Shown in pieces: positions 29,664 through 40,021 of a stretch of 64,000 bases of DNA. The notes beneath the pieces were generated by a model. That model was not told the origin of the DNA. It did not search any database and saw only the letters and a program-made list of their open reading frames with translations. The stretch spans positions 544,001 to 608,000 of the forward strand of contig JBEKVV010000001.1 in the NCBI GenBank assembly GCA_049513715.1, read 5' to 3'. A program made the position numbers and the translations under genes. The stretch comes from Candidatus Bathyarchaeia archaeon. GTDB taxonomy: Archaea; Thermoproteota; Bathyarchaeia; 40CM-2-53-6. The first letter of the stretch is position 1. Each line of letters starts with the position of its first letter.

Positions 29664-30104
29664 ATGCAAACTTTCCAAGCTTCAAGAATTGCTGGCGGAC
29701 TCTTGGCGCTCACCGGAATCTTGGGAATCGTAATTTTGGACCTTGATCAAGTCCTACGTGGCGCTCCGATGCACTATTACGCGCTCATCGCTTTTGTAAT
29801 CGTCGATTTCGCTGCGGCGGGTCTTGCGCTCGCCAAACCCGGCAAGACAGCTTTCACTGCGGGTGGAGGTTGGGCTGGTTTCAGAATTTTGCTACAGATA
29901 GCAGACCTTTCACAGGCGCATCTCTACCAGTTCAGATACACGCAGTTCGCTGATTACTTGTTCAACCCGATGAGCTCGCTATCCAGTAGTCTTGGAAATC
30001 CGCTTGGAATTCCAGGGGCTGCCATCGACCTAATTGTCATTTTGGAGATAATCGTGGTAGCTTTGGCTTGGAAGGCTCGGTCGACTGTCCAAGCTAAGAG
30101 TTGA
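29664..30104 (+). CDS. Hypothetical membrane protein
   Basis: About four hydrophobic segments. Confidence 0.65.
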   Translation: MQTFQASRIAGGLLALTGILGIVILDLDQVLRGAPMHYYALIAFVIVDFAAAGLALAKPGKTAFTAGGGWAGFRILLQIADLSQAHLYQFRYTQFADYLFNPMSSLSSSLGNPLGIPGAAIDLIVILEIIVVALAWKARSTVQAKS

Positions 30105-30289
30105 CGCCAGTCTAGCCCATCATCTCAAATTTCTTCACGAGTTTCCTGTCACGAGCAAGGCTACGCAAAGGCTTTGCCGCGACACTCGCCTCCTCCAATC
30201 GGCCGAGGGGAAGTAGGGCCAAGACTACGCTGACACAAGAAACCCTCTGGTCCCCATGAGCCAATGGTACGTCATCTTGAGGTTGAGGG

Positions 30290-31003
30290 TTATGTTAGTA
30301 CGATCTCCATGCGTCTGTTGATTCTACCCTTGTTGTCGGTTTTGACTACTTTGATGCTCTGAATCTCTTTCGTGTTCGCAACGTGTGTTCCGCCGTCGGC
30401 TTGGAAGTCCACGCCTTCTATGTCCACAACACGAACTTCGGTGATCTCCGGGGGCAGAAGGTTGATTTTAGTTCTGATTAGGTCAGGTTGCCTCATCGCC
30501 TCGTCGCGGGGAAGGAATCTGATAGAAATTGGATGAGCTTCCTGAACGACTCTGTTGCAGGCGGTTTCGATCTCCCGGACTCTGTCTGGGTTGATTTCCT
30601 GCAAGTCGAAGTCCATTCTCGCGCGGTCCAAGTAGATCTGCCCGCCCGTAACTAGGCCCCCGTACATGTGATACACGAGACCGCAAAGAACATGCAGCGC
30701 TGAGTGGTAACGCATGAAAGTGTAGCGCCTGTTCCAATCAACGGAGCCATGAACAGAAGTGCCTTCGGGTGGTGGCGGTCCCTTCAATTTGTGAAGAACG
30801 GTTCCTGTTTTCTTTGAGACGTCCACAACTTGTGCTTCTCCGGCTGCCCAGCTGATGGTTCCCGTGTCGTTGGGTTGGCCTCCTCCCGTTGGGTAGAATG
30901 CGGTTCCGTCCAAAACAACCGCGTCAGTCTCTGCTTTCGCGACACTGGTGTCGAACTCGCGCAAGTAGTGGTCTTTCAAGTAGAGCAGTTCTGTCATTGT
31001 CAA
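30290..31003 (-). CDS. alaX: AlaX-M alanyl-tRNA editing protein
   Basis: FYPTGGGQPND, MRYHSALH, DGGTHV. Confidence 0.92.
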   Translation of the reverse strand: MTMTELLYLKDHYLREFDTSVAKAETDAVVLDGTAFYPTGGGQPNDTGTISWAAGEAQVVDVSKKTGTVLHKLKGPPPPEGTSVHGSVDWNRRYTFMRYHSALHVLCGLVYHMYGGLVTGGQIYLDRARMDFDLQEINPDRVREIETACNRVVQEAHPISIRFLPRDEAMRQPDLIRTKINLLPPEITEVRVVDIEGVDFQADGGTHVANTKEIQSIKVVKTDNKGRINRRMEIVLT

Positions 31004-31040
31004 CCCACAGGGACTGTGATTTAGGTTCCGTAATTTTGGT

Positions 31041-31511
31041 TTATGGTTTGGCTACTTCGTTGTCGTGTGTTGGCAGCTGAATCATCAGCGACCTCGCAAC
31101 ATCTATGGATTCTTCTCTTGCTCTGTCGGCTAGGCTATCTGCCAGCTGAGAAACGTGACGAAGGGGTTGGGAGATGTCGAATAGTGGTTTGATTTCTTGC
31201 TCGAACCCCTTGAAGATCGAGCCATCCCCACAGATTCCCCTCAACATTTGTTCCACCACAATTTTCGAGCGTTTGGTTACGATGTAGTCGGCGCAGTTGA
31301 GATCCTCCAGGAGCGAGGATAAAGCACTGTCATCTGAGGAAAACTGGTGGGCTGAGCCGTTGCAGACCTCCGTCGCGTCCCGCACAAGGTTCTGCCTGTA
31401 ATCCAGCCGGTCAATGAACCGACGCACAAGTTCTTCTGTTTCGAGAATTGGCACTCGGTTAAAAAGACGAACACGCGGAAGTGATAGGAGGGTCTCGATT
31501 GGCCTCGGCAT
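31041..31511 (-). CDS. Hypothetical protein
   Basis: 156-aa ORF between fusA and alaX on the same strand. Confidence 0.55.
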   Translation of the reverse strand: MPRPIETLLSLPRVRLFNRVPILETEELVRRFIDRLDYRQNLVRDATEVCNGSAHQFSSDDSALSSLLEDLNCADYIVTKRSKIVVEQMLRGICGDGSIFKGFEQEIKPLFDISQPLRHVSQLADSLADRAREESIDVARSLMIQLPTHDNEVAKP

Positions 31512-31578
31512 TTCTGCCCCTGAAGTCTGATGGAGTGGCTTTAAACGGTTACGTTTGATTGGCAGAAAATAGGGGAGG

Positions 31579-33796
31579 CTAGGCCTCCATGAAGTCTTCC
31601 GCCTTTTGCGGCTCAGGTGACAGGCCTTTGCGCTTCCGAATGTCAGTGATCACTTGCATGAGCAGCGATTGAGGCACCGGTTGCCAATGTGAAAATTCGA
31701 GCCCCCAGAACGCTCTACCCTGTGAAGCGCCGCGCATCACTTCTGAAAGGTCGAACGTTTCTGCTGTGGGAAGTTCTCCGACAACATATACTAGGTGGCC
31801 GCGTTGGTCTACTGAAACGATTTTTCCGCGTTTCTGCGAGATTACACTGGTTGCTGCCCCGAGGAGTTCTGGTGGAACCTTGACGGTTATCCTCTGAACG
31901 GGCTCTAAGAGGACGGGGTTGGCGTTGAGGAAAGCGACGAAGAAGGCCCTGCGGCTCATGGGCATAATTTGGGCCGGGCCCCTGTGGACGGGGTCTTCGT
32001 GCAATGAAATGTCTGAGATCTTTGCTTTGACTCCACGAATTTGCTCGTACGCCAATGGGCCTTCCTTGATCCCCCAGCGGTAACCGGCGATGACCATCTC
32101 CTTCACTTCCTGAAGGTACTGCGCCCCTTTCGTCACCTCAACTAACATGTTGCTCCCCTCGTCGACGCTCCAGACTCCACGGGCTTCGTCTGGCGGCCAG
32201 CCTTCGTCGCGCAGAATCTTGGCCATTTCATGTTTGTCTTGGTACTCGCCAATTTTTCCTTCCTTGATCATGGTTACGATCTTGTCAGGGAGCGGTTCGA
32301 TGGACAAGTAGATCTTGTTGTGCTTGTTGGGCGATTTGCCTTCGACAGGCCCTGCCGCGCTCCTTACGCTTTCACGGTAGATCACGATTGGGGTTGATGT
32401 AACGATTTCAAGGCCAGTTTTGGTGATGAGGGTTTGGGCGATTTCTAGGTGAAGGGTTCCCATACCTGCGATTAGGTATTCCCCTGTTTCCTCATTGATT
32501 TTCGTGACAAGGTTTGGGTCTTCGATGCTGAGCTTCCTGAGTAGGTCGACGAGTTTTGGAAGGTCGCGGCTATGCTTCGGCTCGACAGCCATTGTAACGA
32601 CCGGCTCGGTTACGTAGTGGACTGCCTCGAATGCAGCTATGTCTTTGATTGTGGAAAGGGTTTCACCAGCTCTTGCCGCATCAAGGCCAAGGAGGGCTGG
32701 TATGTTTCCCGCGCTTATGGTCCCAATAATTTCCCTGTAGGGTCCCATGAATATGCAGACTTGCTGAACACGTTGGTCGACGCGTGCACCAAGAAGGTGG
32801 AACGTTGAACCCTCCTTAATGGTTCCAGAGAACAAACGCCCGCTCGCCACAACACCAGCTTGCGGGTCCACGACTATGTTAGAGATTGCCATGACGACCG
32901 GACCGTTGTCGTCGCAGTTCATCATCGCCTGGCCAACTTCGCTGTTAATGTCTCCCTTCCAAATCTTGGGAATGCGGTATCTCTGGGCCACGTGTGGCGG
33001 CGGCATGGATTCAACAGCCATGTTGAGTATGGCTTCGTGCAGTGGCGCACGGTCCTTCAGTGTCTCCACTTTGTCGTTTAAGTATGCGTCAACAACGTCT
33101 GAGAACTTCACACCCTTCTCCTTCGCGATTTCCGCGTTAAACCCCCACCGATCCTTGGCGGACCCCATTGCAACAGTGTTGCTTGCGAAGCCTACCTTCC
33201 ACTTTTCCCGGTATTCAGGTTCCGCGTAAAGTTCAATGAGACGGTTGAACTCGGTGATAATTCTACCAATGCGCTCCTGGATCTGCTCAGAGTTCAACCG
33301 TAGCTCCTTGATTAGGCGGTCAATCTTGTTGATGTATAAGACCGGTCGAACCCGCTCTTCCAATGCCTGGCGGGTTACCGTTTCGGTTTGAACCATGATT
33401 TCCTCGACGGAGTCGACCACGACAACTGCGCCATCAATGACTCTCAGGGACCGGGTTACCCTGCCCGAGAAGTCTACGTGGCCGGGGGTGTCGATGAGGT
33501 TAATGACGTATGCGATTCCGTTTCTCTCGTGCAGCAAGCTAATGTTTGCCGCTTTGATGGTCATCTGGCGCTTCTGCTCTTCCTCCATATAGTCCAAGGC
33601 TAGCGCTGTGCCAGCCATGCCTGGTGACAGAAGGCCTGCAGCGGCAAGGAGGGAATCGCTCATCGTCGTCTTTCCGTGGTCGACGTGGGCGATGATGCCC
33701 ATATATTCCGGACGCAGAACTCGACTACGCCTTTCGGATCTGGTCCTTGTTCGCTATGATCTTCTGAAGTTCCGTTGTGCTCTTGTAACGGACCAT
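31579..33796 (-). CDS. fusA: Elongation factor EF-2, two exons: join(33796-33733, 33704-31579), 729 aa
   Basis: Exon 1 MVRYKSTTELQKIIANKDQIR; AHVDHGKTT, DTPGHVDF, NKID and diphthamide loop HEDPVHRG. Confidence 0.93.
33705..33732 (-). other. Putative 28-nt bulge-helix-bulge intron in the EF-2 mRNA
   Basis: AGGCGTAGTCGAGTTCTGCGTCCGGAAT; central helix TCCG/CGGA; bulges AA^A and AT^A; 7-bp inner stem; removal restores the frame. Confidence 0.85.
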
Positions 33797-34029
33797 TTGT
33801 TCTCAACTCGACTTTGAAATTCGCGATGGCAACAAGGCTCAATCTCATTTATGCATTACTGTTGAAGGCCCTGTCAAGTCTCCGTCGGTTCGCGAACTGC
33901 TTTTTGCGTGTCAAAAGTCGTCGGGTGATTGAGCGATGATGCCAGTCGCCCTTGGTCTTGGCGCATTTCGCGGTGATTTCTGGTCGCGCGTTAAATACAT
34001 CAAACATGACAGTCTAGACCGAACTTTCA

Positions 34030-34963
34030 ATGCGAACCATCTTCAAACTCTATTTGCTTCTTGTCCTCGGTATTCTGGCTTTCTTCGTTGGTTCAGTATT
34101 AGGAGCCCTTTCATCTGGCAGACTAGTGCTCTCGCAATCAATAGAATGGGCGACGGGCATAGTTGCGATAGCAGAATCAGTTATGGCATTCGCGATATTC
34201 GTTTCCGCCACACTAGATGGTACGATTTTTTGTGCAACAAAGAGCAAAACACTATGCACATATCAACGATGAAGTATTGAAACCGCTCACGACGATAGAA
34301 CTCGAAACTCAAACGAAAACTCCAGACATCCGGAAAATAGGCGACATTTACGGCTTCTATGTTAAACTTCCAAGACATTCCTACTTCTATGATGATGCGA
34401 TTCTGCACTTACAGCTATCAAACCCAACAGTCGCCAGCAACCTAAGCGCCCTACATTCTAGAGTGAGTGAACATAGTGCTGAAATGAGCGAAACAGACGA
34501 TTTCATAGTAACGAAAGTAAATGAGGCATTGAGTAGCCGTAAACTCGAATACGACGGCACGGGAAACGCATTTTTCAACATTATACAAATTCTCAGTGAG
34601 GGGTGGCTTCACTATATCCACCGCATGGATGCCTCTGTCGTGCTGCCGTGGTTGCGACGAACATATCCTCGTATGGATGAAGGTCGTTCCTTGTATCTAG
34701 CGGGCACTTTGGTCTGGGAAGAACGTACAGCGGGTGAAAGAGATAGAGTGGTCGAAGCGGTTGAGAGTCTAGCGGCTGATACTGAGATTTTGCACAAAAT
34801 CGAAGGGCTTGAAAGCTCGAAGAAGAAACTTGAGGCTACCATAGACGAAATTGTTGGAGAAGCACAAGAACTAAGCATGGCAATCGAAAGTGATGGCTAC
34901 ACCGGAAAAGCCGACTGCTGCCCTACCATCTGGCGACTGATTACGACTTACTGGTTGAGCTAG
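34030..34963 (+). CDS. Hypothetical membrane-anchored protein, apparently split across two frames (34030-34272 and 34217-34963)
   Basis: Hydrophobic N-terminal ORF overlaps a soluble +1-frame ORF by 56 nt. Confidence 0.45.
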
Positions 34964-35100
34964 TTGGTTGTCTTGTTGTTGAAGTATTCGCCTAGTACGG
35001 CTCTTACGGTTTCGGGTACAGATTCAAGTTTTCGGGCTTTTCGTTCTTGCTCTAACGCCTTTACCATGTCGTCTGACATGGCTACCATTATCTTGTTCAT
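34960..35100 (-). CDS. Ribbon-helix-helix (CopG-like) protein (46 aa), not in ORF track
   Basis: MNKIMVAMSDDMVKALEQERKARKLESVPETVRAVLGEYFNNKTTN*. Confidence 0.7.
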   Translation of the reverse strand: MNKIMVAMSDDMVKALEQERKARKLESVPETVRAVLGEYFNNKTTN

Positions 35101-35263
35101 TGCCAAAGGCTACACGCCACAGGGAGGATAAGGGAGGGTGATGGCAACGTGCGTTGATGGGTCAATGAGTGGTCGTGATGTTGCGGACCTCTACGACGCC
35201 AATGATAAGAGATTCACAATGTACTCCTTAGAGGACTTCTAGGTAAGGCTAGGCGAGCGTACT

Positions 35264-36307
35264 GTGGGCTTCAACCTTTCACCCATCGTAGTTAAGCAAC
35301 AACTCAAACTGGAAGATCTGAAGGGGCGAAGCCTTGCGGTCGACGCAAACAACATGCTCTACCAATTCCTAGCGCTGATTAGGATGAGAGACGGAAGACC
35401 CTTCACGGACGCTCAAGGGCGCACAACCTCGCACCTGGTAGGTCTGTTGCTCAGGACAACTCGGCTCATAGCCGACTACGACATTCGGCCTGTCTTCGTT
35501 TTCGATGGGAAACCCCCCGAATTGAAAATGAAAACATTGCGGGAGAGACGCGCGTATCGGGAACGTGCAAGGAAGGAGTGGGAGGATGCCGTAAGCGCGG
35601 GAGATCTCTCGAAGGCGTGGTCAAAGGCTACGAGAATGAACTCGCTCACACAGGAAATGCAGGCCGATGCACGAACCGTTCTCTCTCTGCTTGGTGTACC
35701 GTTCATTCAGGCCCCTGAGGAGGGGGAAGCTCAGGCAGCGCACATTGCAGCTAAGGGCGATGTTTGGGCGGCGAACAGCCGAGATTACGATTCCGTCCTC
35801 TTCGGGGCCCCACGTCTTGTCCGGTACGTGACGATCTCAGGCCAAGAATTCCTTCCCAGCAAAGGCGTCGCTCGGCCCCTGATTCCTGAACTGATTGAGC
35901 TGCAGAGGTTGTTGGGCTCGCTGGGTATTTCTAGGGAGCAATTGGTCGACTTGGCAATTCTGGTGGGCACAGACTTCAACGAGGGTGTTCACGGGGTGGG
36001 GCCAAAGACCGCGCTTAAACTCATCAAAGCCCATGGCCGCCTTGAAGAGCTGCCAACCCAATATCGAGATAAACTCGCCAAGAATCTGACTGAGCTCCGT
36101 CAAATGTTCCTGAATCCAACCATAACAGATTCGTACGAAATCCGCTTCGAAGGACTCGATGAAAACGGATTGTTTCGTTTCCTTTGCGATGACCGGGGCT
36201 TCTCCAAGGGCCGAGTAGAGTTGGCGGTTAGGAGAATGAAACAATTCTACGCCCGGGAACGGTCCACACTCACTTCGTGGTTGGAACCTCAGTCGGAGGA
36301 TTCGTAG
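35264..36307 (+). CDS. fen: Flap endonuclease 1
   Basis: AVDANNMLYQFL, FVFDG, EGEAQAA, DYDS, GTDFN, C-terminal PIP-like STLTSWL. Confidence 0.95.
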   Translation: MGFNLSPIVVKQQLKLEDLKGRSLAVDANNMLYQFLALIRMRDGRPFTDAQGRTTSHLVGLLLRTTRLIADYDIRPVFVFDGKPPELKMKTLRERRAYRERARKEWEDAVSAGDLSKAWSKATRMNSLTQEMQADARTVLSLLGVPFIQAPEEGEAQAAHIAAKGDVWAANSRDYDSVLFGAPRLVRYVTISGQEFLPSKGVARPLIPELIELQRLLGSLGISREQLVDLAILVGTDFNEGVHGVGPKTALKLIKAHGRLEELPTQYRDKLAKNLTELRQMFLNPTITDSYEIRFEGLDENGLFRFLCDDRGFSKGRVELAVRRMKQFYARERSTLTSWLEPQSEDS

Positions 36308-37909
36308 GTGCCGGATCTAACCCCGTTCAGCAAGTTCGCAGATGTTTGCAGGGCCTTGGAGAGTACAACCAAACGAACCGAAAAGGTGGTCTACTTGGTC
36401 AAATTCCTCAAATCACTCACCCCGGACGAGATTCAGCCGGCGGTTTCCTTCCTTACCGGCCGACCTTTTCCGGAGTCGGATGAACGCGTCCTAGATGTCG
36501 GTGGGCGGACACTCTGGAAGATGAACCGCGGAGGTGGCCAATCTGCGTTGGTCTCCAAACCTGCAACCATCCTAGAAGTCCTCAGGACTTTCGATAGAAT
36601 AGCATCATCCTCAGGGCCGGGTTCAAGACAGCGAAAGGAAACCCTGGTCGAAACTCTCCTAAACAAACTCCCTCCTTCAGATGCGGAGCATTTGACGCGA
36701 ATCATTTTCGGGGAGATGCGAATTGGCGCTGTCGAGGGAGTTGTTTTGGACGCAATCGCTGAAGCTGCCTCCATCAACCCGGAACAAGTACGGAGGGCAA
36801 ACATGCTTCTGGGAAGTCTGCCCAAGGTGGCCAGAATTGCATTAACTGAAGGGCCTGAGGCAATCAAGAACATCGGCGTGGTGCTGTTCGTTCCGATTAA
36901 GCCAATGCTTGCGGAAATGGCGCAGGATTTCGGAGAGGTCTTGAAAGAGCACGGCGGAGTGTCTGCCTTCGAATACAAGTACGATGGTGCACGAATCCAA
37001 ATCCACCGCAAAGCGCGGGAGGTCAGGATATTCAGCAGAAGACTGACAGACGTCACAAGCAGCCTTCCGGACATCGCACAATTGGCTAAAGAGAAGATAC
37101 GCGGCGATGAGTTTCTTGTTGAAGGGGAGGTTGTGGCAACTGGGCAGGAAGAGAAGCCTCTTCCATTCCAAGACCTAATGCGCCGGTTTAGACGCATGCA
37201 TGAGATTAATGAGATGGTGAAAGAGATCCCGCTCAAGCTCTTCCTATTCGACGTGATTTACCTGAACGGAGAAATGCTGATCGATTCGTCGTACGAGAAA
37301 CGCTGGAACACTCTCGAGGGCTTGACTGAGCAGAATCTGATGGCTACAAGAATTGTGACGGGGGACTCGAGCGAAGTCGGGCGATTAATGGAGGCATCCA
37401 TCAAAGCTGGCCATGAAGGATTGATGGCTAAGGATTTGAAGAGCACGTACACGCCTGGTGTGCGTGGAAAGAAATGGTTCAAAATCAAACCAGCAGAATC
37501 GGTGGATGTTGTGATCATTGCGGCAGACTGGGGGTCTGGAAGGAGGCGGGGATGGTTGAGCAATTACCACCTCGCAGTGAGAAGCGAGGCGACAAACGAG
37601 TACCTTGTTGTTGGTAAGACGTTCAAGGGCCTTACTGACGAGGAGTTTGAGGAGATCACGAAGAAGCTCCTTGAGCTGAAGACAAAGGAGACCGAGTATA
37701 CCGTTTACGTGAAACCGTCAATTGTTGCGGAGGTCGCCTTCAACGAAGTACAGCGCAGCCCCCACTACAAATCAGGGTTTGCATTGCGATTTGCACGAAT
37801 AACTAGGTTTAGAGAAGACAAAGGCCCAGAAGACGCTGACACCTTGGAGCGCCTGAATCGTCTCTACCAAGACCAGTTTAGGTACAAGGCACCAGCAAAC
37901 TTCCGATGA
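36308..37909 (+). CDS. Second ATP-dependent DNA ligase
   Basis: PMLA, EYKYDGARIQIH, EGLMAK, WFKIK, ALRFAR. Confidence 0.92.
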   Translation: MPDLTPFSKFADVCRALESTTKRTEKVVYLVKFLKSLTPDEIQPAVSFLTGRPFPESDERVLDVGGRTLWKMNRGGGQSALVSKPATILEVLRTFDRIASSSGPGSRQRKETLVETLLNKLPPSDAEHLTRIIFGEMRIGAVEGVVLDAIAEAASINPEQVRRANMLLGSLPKVARIALTEGPEAIKNIGVVLFVPIKPMLAEMAQDFGEVLKEHGGVSAFEYKYDGARIQIHRKAREVRIFSRRLTDVTSSLPDIAQLAKEKIRGDEFLVEGEVVATGQEEKPLPFQDLMRRFRRMHEINEMVKEIPLKLFLFDVIYLNGEMLIDSSYEKRWNTLEGLTEQNLMATRIVTGDSSEVGRLMEASIKAGHEGLMAKDLKSTYTPGVRGKKWFKIKPAESVDVVIIAADWGSGRRRGWLSNYHLAVRSEATNEYLVVGKTFKGLTDEEFEEITKKLLELKTKETEYTVYVKPSIVAEVAFNEVQRSPHYKSGFALRFARITRFREDKGPEDADTLERLNRLYQDQFRYKAPANFR

Positions 37910-37919
37910 GAGGCTCGAG

Positions 37920-38618
37920 ATGAAGGTCGTTGTTCTGTTTAGTGGCGGGAAAGACAGCACGTTCGCACTCTGGTGTGCCCAGATGCAAGGCTGGGACGTG
38001 ACGGCCTTAGTAACCGTTTTCCCGGAGTCGAATGAGTCGTGGATGTTTCATTATCCAGCCCTCAAATGGACCGCACTGCAAGCGGAAGCAGCGGAAATCC
38101 GACAGGTTAGAATTCAGACCAAGGGGGCGAAGGAAGAAGAACTGGCAGATTTGACCTTGGGCTTGAAGCCGATTTTGAAGGACGAAGGGATTGATGGAAT
38201 CGTCTCAGGGGCGGTGGCCAGCGAGTATCAGCGGACGCGCCTGGACAATGTCTGTGAGGAATTGGGGATCAAGAGTTACGCTCCTCTCTGGCACAAGAAT
38301 GAAGAACAACTCGTCAGGGAACAGGTATCCGCGGGGTTCGAGTTCGTGCTGACTGCTTGCAACGCACTTGGGTTGGACGAGCGGTGGCTAGGCCGAAAGG
38401 TAGGCGCAAAGGATGTGGATGAGCTAGTTAAACTGAAGAAGCGGTTTGGTTTGAGCATAGCCTTCGAAGGTGGGGAAGCAGAAACGTTCGTTCTGAAGGC
38501 TCCCCCATTCAAACGCCAACTCTCAATTGTACGAAGTACTCCACATTGGCAAGGGGATTCAGGCTACCTGGAGCTAGAAAAGGTCATGTTAGGAAGGACA
38601 GCCCAATCGCACGTGTGA
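37920..38618 (+). CDS. Diphthine--ammonia ligase (Dph6 family)
   Basis: LFSGGKDS, SWMFH, GAVASEYQ, EGGEAET. Confidence 0.9.
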   Translation: MKVVVLFSGGKDSTFALWCAQMQGWDVTALVTVFPESNESWMFHYPALKWTALQAEAAEIRQVRIQTKGAKEEELADLTLGLKPILKDEGIDGIVSGAVASEYQRTRLDNVCEELGIKSYAPLWHKNEEQLVREQVSAGFEFVLTACNALGLDERWLGRKVGAKDVDELVKLKKRFGLSIAFEGGEAETFVLKAPPFKRQLSIVRSTPHWQGDSGYLELEKVMLGRTAQSHV

Positions 38619-38652
38619 AGAGCACAGCATGCGACTTGCCCTACATTCTAAG

Positions 38653-39963
38653 TTAAGCCCGGGCTAAGCGCTCTGCTATCTCCTGCGCTTTGGACATGAC
38701 TTCTTCTTGATTGAGTGTTGTCAGTTTGCGGTTTTGCATGAGGACGTTACCGTCGACGATTGTTGTATCCACGTTTGAAGAGGAGGCTGAGTAAACCAAG
38801 TCTGACACCACGGTATCTTTTGTGAAGATAGGAGTCATGTTCGGGGTTTTCATGTTGACCAGGATCAAGTCTGCTCGCTTTCCGGGTTCTATGCTGCCAA
38901 GTTCATTGCTCACGCCTAGGGCTCTCGCACCTTCTATGGTGGCTAGGTCCAGAACTCGCTGTGCGTTCAGAACCGTAGCGTCCCATCTGTGCGCCTTATG
39001 CAGTAGCGCGCACACCTTCATCGTCTCAAACATGTCCAACGTGTTGTTGCTCGCTGCGCCGTCAGTTCCCAACCCCACCGCCATATCCAGCTCAAACATC
39101 TCAGGCAAGGGAGCGACGCCTCCACTGGCCAATTTCATGTTAGAGACTGGGCAATGGGCAACAGTAACCCCCGCCTTGGCCAATGTTCCCACCTCACTTT
39201 TCGTAAGCCATACGCAATGGGCTGCAAGCATCTTCCTCGAAAGCGCACCAATCTTGTCCAAGTATTCTACAACCCGCATTCCATGCTGCTTCTGGAAATC
39301 AGCCTGCTCCTTTCGCGTCTCCGCCACGTGAATGTGAATGATTGAGTCATTCTTTTCACCGAAATCCTTCGCCCAAAGCAACATCTCGGCTGAACAAGTG
39401 TATGGGGCGTGGAGCCCAATCGCAAATCTGATTCTTGGGTTGTCAAGTCCTTGGACGTAGTCGAAGAATTTCTTGGAAGTCTCCTGCCCAAGCCGCGCGT
39501 TTGCGGGGTCGAACAGGTCCATGATTCCATAAGACAAGAATCCCCGCAACCCCGATTCTTCAACCGCCTTCGAAACGTGCTCCATGTGGAAGTACATATC
39601 CACTAAACATGTCGTGCCTGAGAGAATCATTTCAGCAGAACCCAACAGGGCCCCGTTATAGCAGGCCTCGTCAGTGAGCTTCGCCTCAAGCGGCCAGATT
39701 TTCTTTTGCAACCAGTCTTGAAGTTGCATGTCGTCCGCTAAGCCGCGGAACAGTGTCATCGAGAGATGTGTGTGGGTGTTGATTAGACCAGGTAGGGCTA
39801 TCTTGCCGTTGCCATCGATCTCAATATCCGCTGAGGCCTTGACTCCACGGCCAACTTCTTTGAAGATCCCGTCCTGTATCAATACGTGCCCGTTCTGAAG
39901 CACGTCCCGTTTCGCGTTTTGAGTAACAATCCAACTGCAGTTCTTTACCAGCAGCGATGCCAT
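38653..39963 (-). CDS. mtaD: MTA/SAH/5'-deoxyadenosine deaminase (MtaD/DadD family)
   Basis: PGLINTHTH, HAPYTC, HIHVAET, HCPVSNMKLASG, GTDGAASNN. Confidence 0.88.
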   Translation of the reverse strand: MASLLVKNCSWIVTQNAKRDVLQNGHVLIQDGIFKEVGRGVKASADIEIDGNGKIALPGLINTHTHLSMTLFRGLADDMQLQDWLQKKIWPLEAKLTDEACYNGALLGSAEMILSGTTCLVDMYFHMEHVSKAVEESGLRGFLSYGIMDLFDPANARLGQETSKKFFDYVQGLDNPRIRFAIGLHAPYTCSAEMLLWAKDFGEKNDSIIHIHVAETRKEQADFQKQHGMRVVEYLDKIGALSRKMLAAHCVWLTKSEVGTLAKAGVTVAHCPVSNMKLASGGVAPLPEMFELDMAVGLGTDGAASNNTLDMFETMKVCALLHKAHRWDATVLNAQRVLDLATIEGARALGVSNELGSIEPGKRADLILVNMKTPNMTPIFTKDTVVSDLVYSASSSNVDTTIVDGNVLMQNRKLTTLNQEEVMSKAQEIAERLARA

Positions 39964-40021
39964 AACCGAATCGGGTCATGAAGTCTAGTGTTTAGTTAAA
40001 AGCGCCGCGTTTCGCGCTCAC

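Noticed and set aside
29143..29685. 180-aa and 100-aa ORFs across the tRNA
   Set aside because: Shadow ORFs over a GC-rich tRNA gene.
31579..33702. EF-2 starting at ATG 33702, as in the ORF track
   Set aside because: It would lose the conserved N-terminus and the R-N preceding the G1 strand, which are encoded upstream in another frame.
33660..33848. 62-aa ORF overlapping the fusA 5' end
   Set aside because: Alternative-frame read-through of exon 1 and the intron; no protein-like features.
36433..37236. 267-aa antisense ORF and similar long antisense ORFs elsewhere
   Set aside because: They mirror well-supported genes on the opposite strand and carry no motifs.
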